DNA from: a virus
Lineage: Duplodnaviria > Caudoviricetes
Reading direction: 5' to 3' (one strand)
DNA: 37,140 nucleotides
Virus record (IMG/VR): IMGVR_UViG_3300035670_000672
Span: 1-37,140 of that record
A model generated the notes under the pieces. The model was not told the DNA's origin, made no database searches, and was given only the letters and a program-made list of their open reading frames with translations. The position numbers were made by a program, and so were the translations under genes. This document shows, one piece after another, positions 32,129 to 37,140 of this stretch (its first letter is position 1; each line of letters opens with the position of its first letter).

Positions 32129-32583
32129 CAGTTATTGTAGAGAGCAAGGCACGCGAAGATCGAGCCAGGATCATGCAGATACAGAAGGCGTGTCAAGCAT
32201 TGCCTGATGGCGAGCGTATGGAGTGTTCGCCGCCGGTAGAGCATATCTTCATGGAAGGCGTTTACTGCCGCCAGATCACGCTTCCCGCCGATTCACTGGT
32301 GGTTGGGCGCATCCATCGCTTTGAACACATCAGCATCCTATCCAAAGGCCGTGTAACCGTATTTACAGAACACGGCACGCAGGAGATTAGCGCACCAGCA
32401 TCTTGGGTGTCGCCAGCCGGTACAAAGCGCGTTGTGTTGGCGCATGAAGAAAGCATCTGGACAACCGTGCATCATAACCTCGAAAACGAGCGTGATCCTG
32501 ATGTGCTTGAGAACAAATACACAGCAGAAGAGTACGCAGAACTTGGGCTTGAGGTTGCCGACCTAGAAAGGATTGCAGCATGA
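32125..32583 (+). CDS. Cupin-fold protein
   Basis: HIFMEGVYCRQITLPADSLVVGRIHRFEHISILSKGRVTV...SPAGTKR..LAHEESIWTTVH. Confidence 0.75.
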   Translation: MTVIVESKAREDRARIMQIQKACQALPDGERMECSPPVEHIFMEGVYCRQITLPADSLVVGRIHRFEHISILSKGRVTVFTEHGTQEISAPASWVSPAGTKRVVLAHEESIWTTVHHNLENERDPDVLENKYTAEEYAELGLEVADLERIAA

Positions 32584-33221
32584 CATATTGGATCGCAGGC
32601 GCGGCAGCAGTAGGCGCAATTATGGACAAAGATAATCCGTTGCGTGGCGCGGCAATGGGCGCAGGTGTCGCATTCACAGGTGGCGCGGCGCTTGGCGCGA
32701 TGGGCGCTGGTGGCGCGGCAGCAGCAGGCGCAGGCGGTGCAGCAGCAGGTGCGGGTGGAGCAGCAGCAGGCACAGCCGCCGCAGGAACGGCAGCAGGCAC
32801 AGCAGCAGCCGGTGGAGCAGCCGCAGGAACGGCAGGTGGAATGACACAAGCTGGTTTGCTTGCAACGCAAGAAGCTGGGCTAGGCGCATCGTCACTTGGA
32901 TGGGGCGGCGCTACTACAGGCTTTCAGGGTGGCTTGAACGCCACGTTAGGCGCGGAGGCAGGCGCAACCACAGGCGGACTGCTGGCAGACACGCCTAGCG
33001 CGATTAAAGCGGCAAACAACGGCATGCAAGTGGCTGGACAGGTAAAGAGCATGTTCCCGAAAGAACAGCCAATCCAATCATCCCCAGTTATGCAACCTAA
33101 CTCAAATCCTACCCTGCAAAGCCTCTATGACGGCTTGCAGCAGAACCAACAAGCAGAGATGCAGGCCATCGCTGATAAACGCGCCAAACGCCGCGAATTG
33201 ATTGCACGCATGGGAGGCTAA
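32580..33221 (+). CDS. Gly/Ala-rich internal virion/ejection protein
   Basis: Long AGGAAAG low-complexity hydrophobic tract and Q-rich C-terminus. Confidence 0.7.
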   Translation: MTYWIAGAAAVGAIMDKDNPLRGAAMGAGVAFTGGAALGAMGAGGAAAAGAGGAAAGAGGAAAGTAAAGTAAGTAAAGGAAAGTAGGMTQAGLLATQEAGLGASSLGWGGATTGFQGGLNATLGAEAGATTGGLLADTPSAIKAANNGMQVAGQVKSMFPKEQPIQSSPVMQPNSNPTLQSLYDGLQQNQQAEMQAIADKRAKRRELIARMGG

Positions 33222-33222
33222 A

Positions 33223-34503
33223 ATGGGTTTGCTTGACGATTTCAGCAACTTCTTACAAACGCCCGGTGGTCAAGGTTTGGCTTCCGGCATCGCCAGCTAC
33301 ATGGCCAATGCTCGACGTGGCACACCAGTAAACAACATCGGCAAGGGGATGCTGGGTGGCGTCATGGGCTACGGCAACGCCAAAGAGCAGATGGCCATGG
33401 ATGCTCAACGCGAGCAAACCAACCTGTACAACCAGATGCAACAGAAGCTACTTCAGCAGAAGTACGATACTGATTTCATGAAGGCCACAACTGATCGAGA
33501 TAAAGCACTAGCTGACCGCACGGCAAAAGTTAATAGCGGAAAAGCAGAAGCCAAGATGATCGGAAGGTTGTTTAGCCTGCCAGTGCAATACAACGAACAA
33601 AACGACGATGTAGACCTGATGCCTGCTGTTTACTCAAGCGATGGTTATACGATCATCGACGCATCAGACAAGAAAACGCAACCAACTGACCCGCAAATTA
33701 AGCCAAATCTTGAACTTGGCAAGATGTACGGATTCAGCGAAAGCGACATGAATTACATCATGAATGTCTGGGCTGTTGACCCAAAAGAAGCGTTACGCGA
33801 AATGCGCGAGATTCGCAAGTCTGGACGCAAAGGTGCTGTAGAGGCGAGAGACTATCTAGCCAAAGAGCGCGCAACGGCAGAGGCCTTGAATATGCCTTTG
33901 GGCCAATACCTGATAGAAAAAGGCAGTAAATCAGGGCAAAGCATTAACATCACCAACGTAATGCCAGGAGAAGCCGCAGAAGCCGCCGGAAAGAAAGAGG
34001 GCTACGACATTGGCGAGCAAGCTGCAATGATTGAAAACAAGTATTCGGCCATTGACTCTTTGCGTGAAGCAAAATCAATGATGGCACAAGGCATCTATAC
34101 AGGTTATTGGGGTGATGTACAAAAAACACTTGCAAAAGCCTCGCTTGGCGCTGTTGGCGATAGGCAGAAAGCGGCAAGAACAGAACAATTCTTGTCTTAT
34201 ATCGGAAACGTGGTTGTGCCAAGGCTTAAGGAGTTTGGCGGAAACGACTCCAATGAAGAAATGCGTTACCTAAAGAGCATCATGGGTGGCGACACAAGCA
34301 TGGAACCAGAAGCTATATCAGCGATTCTTGATAGTGCAGAACGCAAGATAAGTAGAGGCATAGAACGCCTGCAACGGCAGCGTGGTGCGCTAGAGCGTGG
34401 GCAAATGCCTGACCTTGGCCCCGGTCCTAGTCGCCAGCAAAAACCGGCTAAACAGCCTGCACCAGCAAGCAATAGCGGTTGGTCTATCCAAAGGGTGAAA
34501 TGA
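33223..34503 (+). CDS. Internal virion/DNA ejection protein
   Basis: Start MGLLDDF with SD GGAGG; helical and Q-rich; in the ejection cluster. Confidence 0.72.
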   Translation: MGLLDDFSNFLQTPGGQGLASGIASYMANARRGTPVNNIGKGMLGGVMGYGNAKEQMAMDAQREQTNLYNQMQQKLLQQKYDTDFMKATTDRDKALADRTAKVNSGKAEAKMIGRLFSLPVQYNEQNDDVDLMPAVYSSDGYTIIDASDKKTQPTDPQIKPNLELGKMYGFSESDMNYIMNVWAVDPKEALREMREIRKSGRKGAVEARDYLAKERATAEALNMPLGQYLIEKGSKSGQSINITNVMPGEAAEAAGKKEGYDIGEQAAMIENKYSAIDSLREAKSMMAQGIYTGYWGDVQKTLAKASLGAVGDRQKAARTEQFLSYIGNVVVPRLKEFGGNDSNEEMRYLKSIMGGDTSMEPEAISAILDSAERKISRGIERLQRQRGALERGQMPDLGPGPSRQQKPAKQPAPASNSGWSIQRVK

Positions 34504-36143
34504 TGGCTAAATATCGCATTACTGGCCCAGACGGTGAAACATACGAAATCAACGCGCCAGACACAGCCACAGAAGAAGAAGTTTTAGCCTATGCACAGGC
34601 TAACTTTGGCAAAGAAAGCGCGATTGGCAATACAGAGTTTGGCGCAAGGTTAAGAGAGGCCGAGCAGGCTAAGGCGCGTGAACAGTTTACGCACAAGACG
34701 CCGCCTAAAAAACCAAAAGATATGTATGCCGACCAAGCAGGCCAGCAATCATTCGCTGAAAACCTTGGCGCGGGTTTTGGTGGTGCTTTGTATGGAATGG
34801 GATACCTTGGGCCTAAATCCATTCTTGGCCTGGATAAACCTGGAGAAGTTGAAGATTGGAAGGCCTCAATGAATGGCCTTGGAACAACCGCTGGCGGAAC
34901 TCTAGGTCAGATTGGCGGTTACGGCGCGCCTGCCGCTGTTCTAGCCCCGTTTGCTGGTGCGTCAGTGCCTGTTGCTGGCGCTATTGGTGCGGCTGAAGGT
35001 GCTTTGTTGCCTGCCACAAGTTTTGAAGAACGCGCAAAGAATACGGCATTTAGTACACTTGGCGCGGCTACTGGCCAGGCTGGCGGTAATGCGATTGCAA
35101 ACGGACTTAAGCGCCGGGCGCAAACAAAGACTGCCGAGATGGCAACAAAGAGGGCGCAGAACGCCACAAGGGACGCGTCACTTGCACTGTCTAAGGCAGA
35201 GGGTTATGTCGTACCGCCAAGCTACTCAGGTTCCGGGTTATTCCCTCGGTTCATGGAGGGTATTAGCGGAAAGTACAAGACTAACCAACTGGCTGGAATT
35301 AAGAACCAACAGGTAACTAACAAACTGGCCCGCAAGTATTTAGGGCTACCTGAAGATGCGCCGCTTAACGCTGACGCACTCGACGCGCATGTAAATATGT
35401 TGAGTCAGCCATATCGCGACATTGCCGCACTTCCGAAATCAGCAAGCTATGACCCCGCCTCGGCGTTGGAACAACTCAAGATAGCCAGATATTCAGAGAA
35501 ACAACTCTGGCGGCAGTACGAAGGCACGCCAATGATGCCGGGCAATCCAGAGGCTAGAACGCTCGCTATTGAGGCTGGCAATGCGGCTGACGCAATCGAA
35601 TCAGAGTTAGAGCGTTATGCCGTCAGTCAAGGCAAGCACGATCTTGTAGCCAACCTGAGAGAGTCAAGGAAGGCCATTGCAAAGGCAAAGACCGTCGAAT
35701 CCGCATTAAACGATGGTAACGGCGATGTTGACGCAACAAAGATTGCCAAGCTGATTAACCGTGGCAAGCCTGTTACCGGCGAACTAGAGAAGGTTGGCAA
35801 GTTCGCCAATGCCTTCAACGATGTGGCACGCCCACCAAAATCAGGCGATGCAAATCCAATGACCGCACTGGATTTTATGTTTAACGTACCTTCGGCGGGT
35901 ATTGGCGGAATGATTGGTGGTGGACCGGGAGCAATGCTGATGTCTCTTGCCCCGACAGCCGCAAGGGTTGGATCACGCTACTCGCTACTGTCTGAGCCTG
36001 TACAGGCCATGTTGACGCCTAACTATAGTATAGGGCTATCGAACAAGGTTTTGCCGAAACTTTTTGGAAATAGGCTTGCTACGGACGCGCTTTACCCAGG
36101 CGCGGGTATATACGGTTATGGGGTGGAGCCTCAGTTTGAGTAG
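34500..36143 (+). CDS. Large internal virion/DNA ejection protein
   Basis: AKYRITGPDGETYEINAPDTATEEEVLAYAQ N-terminus; Gly/Ala-rich hydrophobic segments. Confidence 0.75.
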   Translation: MMAKYRITGPDGETYEINAPDTATEEEVLAYAQANFGKESAIGNTEFGARLREAEQAKAREQFTHKTPPKKPKDMYADQAGQQSFAENLGAGFGGALYGMGYLGPKSILGLDKPGEVEDWKASMNGLGTTAGGTLGQIGGYGAPAAVLAPFAGASVPVAGAIGAAEGALLPATSFEERAKNTAFSTLGAATGQAGGNAIANGLKRRAQTKTAEMATKRAQNATRDASLALSKAEGYVVPPSYSGSGLFPRFMEGISGKYKTNQLAGIKNQQVTNKLARKYLGLPEDAPLNADALDAHVNMLSQPYRDIAALPKSASYDPASALEQLKIARYSEKQLWRQYEGTPMMPGNPEARTLAIEAGNAADAIESELERYAVSQGKHDLVANLRESRKAIAKAKTVESALNDGNGDVDATKIAKLINRGKPVTGELEKVGKFANAFNDVARPPKSGDANPMTALDFMFNVPSAGIGGMIGGGPGAMLMSLAPTAARVGSRYSLLSEPVQAMLTPNYSIGLSNKVLPKLFGNRLATDALYPGAGIYGYGVEPQFE

Positions 36144-36266
36144 TCGCTTAACCCTGTTGTCAGGCATGAATCGCAGAATCACAACAGCAACGAATGACGC
36201 GACACCCCATAACAGCAACCCGAAAAACGGCCCAAGTGCAGCCCCAAGAAATTGATTAGTCATCAT
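36036..36266 (-). CDS. Antisense small membrane protein (moron/superinfection-exclusion candidate)
   Basis: MMTNQFLGAALGPFFGLLLWGVASFVAVVILRFMPDNRVKRLL; occupies the gap between the last ejection gene and the tail fibre. Confidence 0.55.
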   Translation of the reverse strand: MMTNQFLGAALGPFFGLLLWGVASFVAVVILRFMPDNRVKRLLKLRLHPITVYTRAWVKRVRSKPISKKFRQNLVR

Positions 36267-36277
36267 AAGGAAATTAT

Positions 36278-37140
36278 ATGCCAATCCCATCATCCATGAA
36301 GGACTTGAGTGCAATAGCGGCCAGCAATAGCCCTGCTGGTACTGATGCACTATCAACCGTAGATGACCATATCCGCGCACTGGCCGCCATCGTCAGGCAG
36401 GAGCAGACACAGGCCTCAAGCATGGCCTCTGCAAGCACTGTGGACGTTGGCGCGGCAGCGGGTAGCTACCTGCATATAACCGGGACCACAACGATCAATT
36501 CTTTAGGCTCTACGGGTGTTGCAGGCATCGAGCGTACTCTAGTGTTTGATGGCACGCTGACATTGACTAACTCAGCGAGTCTTGTGCTGAACGGTGAAAA
36601 CATCACTACCACAGCAGGCGACTCGATGACATTCAGATGCGAGGGTTCTGGTGTGTGGCGTTTGGTCAATGCGAAGAATGCACTCAAAAAGATAACGGTA
36701 AACAGCACTTTACCGGCGCTGACAGTTACACAATCAGGTTATGGTGCAGGCCTGTCTATGACTGGTGGGAATCTAGTGTTTGGCACAAGTGGCACAGGCA
36801 TTGATTTCAGTTCATCTGCCACAGGTGGGTCAACGTCGAATATTTTGGATGCCTATGAAGAAGGTACGTTCGGTTCAACGGTACATCTATCTGACGCGGC
36901 ATCAGGTGGAAACAATGCCACTTATGGTGGTCGTACCGCCAATTACACAAAAATCGGTGATACGGTGTTCGCCAAGATTACGTTCACCAACATAACTACT
37001 ACTGGGATGACTGCAGGCAATAGTGTGTATGTGACAGGGTTGCCTTTTACCTCAGGCGCAGGAACAAATCATTTCACACCAAACAGTTGTTGGAAAAGTA
37101 ATATATCAACAAGTGCTGGTGGTATTATTGCGCTGATAGG
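36278..37140 (+). CDS. Tail fibre protein, 3'-truncated by the window (absent from the ORF track)
   Basis: SD AAGGA; MPIPSSMKDLSAIAASNSPAGTDALSTVDDHIRALAA; later ILDAYEEGTF, YTKIGDTV and GLPF motifs; frame stays open to the end of the window. Confidence 0.85.
   Translation, partial: MPIPSSMKDLSAIAASNSPAGTDALSTVDDHIRALAAIVRQEQTQASSMASASTVDVGAAAGSYLHITGTTTINSLGSTGVAGIERTLVFDGTLTLTNSASLVLNGENITTTAGDSMTFRCEGSGVWRLVNAKNALKKITVNSTLPALTVTQSGYGAGLSMTGGNLVFGTSGTGIDFSSSATGGSTSNILDAYEEGTFGSTVHLSDAASGGNNATYGGRTANYTKIGDTVFAKITFTNITTTGMTAGNSVYVTGLPFTSGAGTNHFTPNSCWKSNISTSAGGIIALI

Noticed and set aside
32640-32840. GCAGCAGG-type repeats
   Set aside because: Low-complexity Gly/Ala codons in an ejection protein, not a separate DNA element.
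36278-37140. Diversity-generating retroelement targeting the tail fibre
   Set aside because: No reverse transcriptase and no template/variable repeat pair seen in the window; sequence beyond the end cannot be assessed.

Overview
The whole window is one tailed-phage genome of the lambdoid/P22-like podovirus type, read in the excised (attP-joined) gene order and cut inside genes at both ends. A proteobacterial host is a guess, not something I can show. Left to right it holds: the end of the late operon (a metallopeptidase + ADP-ribosyltransferase fusion); a truncated integrase overlapping xis; the leftward early operon (accessory genes, SSB-like protein, YqaJ exonuclease, DUF1071/Sak3-like annealase); a compact cI/cro switch with matching pL/pR promoters and operators; an O-like initiator whose iterons are interleaved with two perfect DnaA boxes; a Twinkle/T7-gp4-like primase-helicase; a nin-like region; terminase and portal; an inserted lysis and fibre module; scaffold and capsid; a second ART; adaptor and nozzle; ejection proteins; and a tail fibre. 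The main finding lies in the early-left operon (about 3840-5830). It is a GC-rich array of three integron-type gene cassettes bounded by two complete attC sites and two half-sites, with no IntI in the window. All cargo genes run opposite to the canonical cassette orientation. In one cassette the attC hairpin itself carries the RBS, the start codon and the lipoprotein signal peptide. All family assignments come from reading motifs by eye; no database searches were run.
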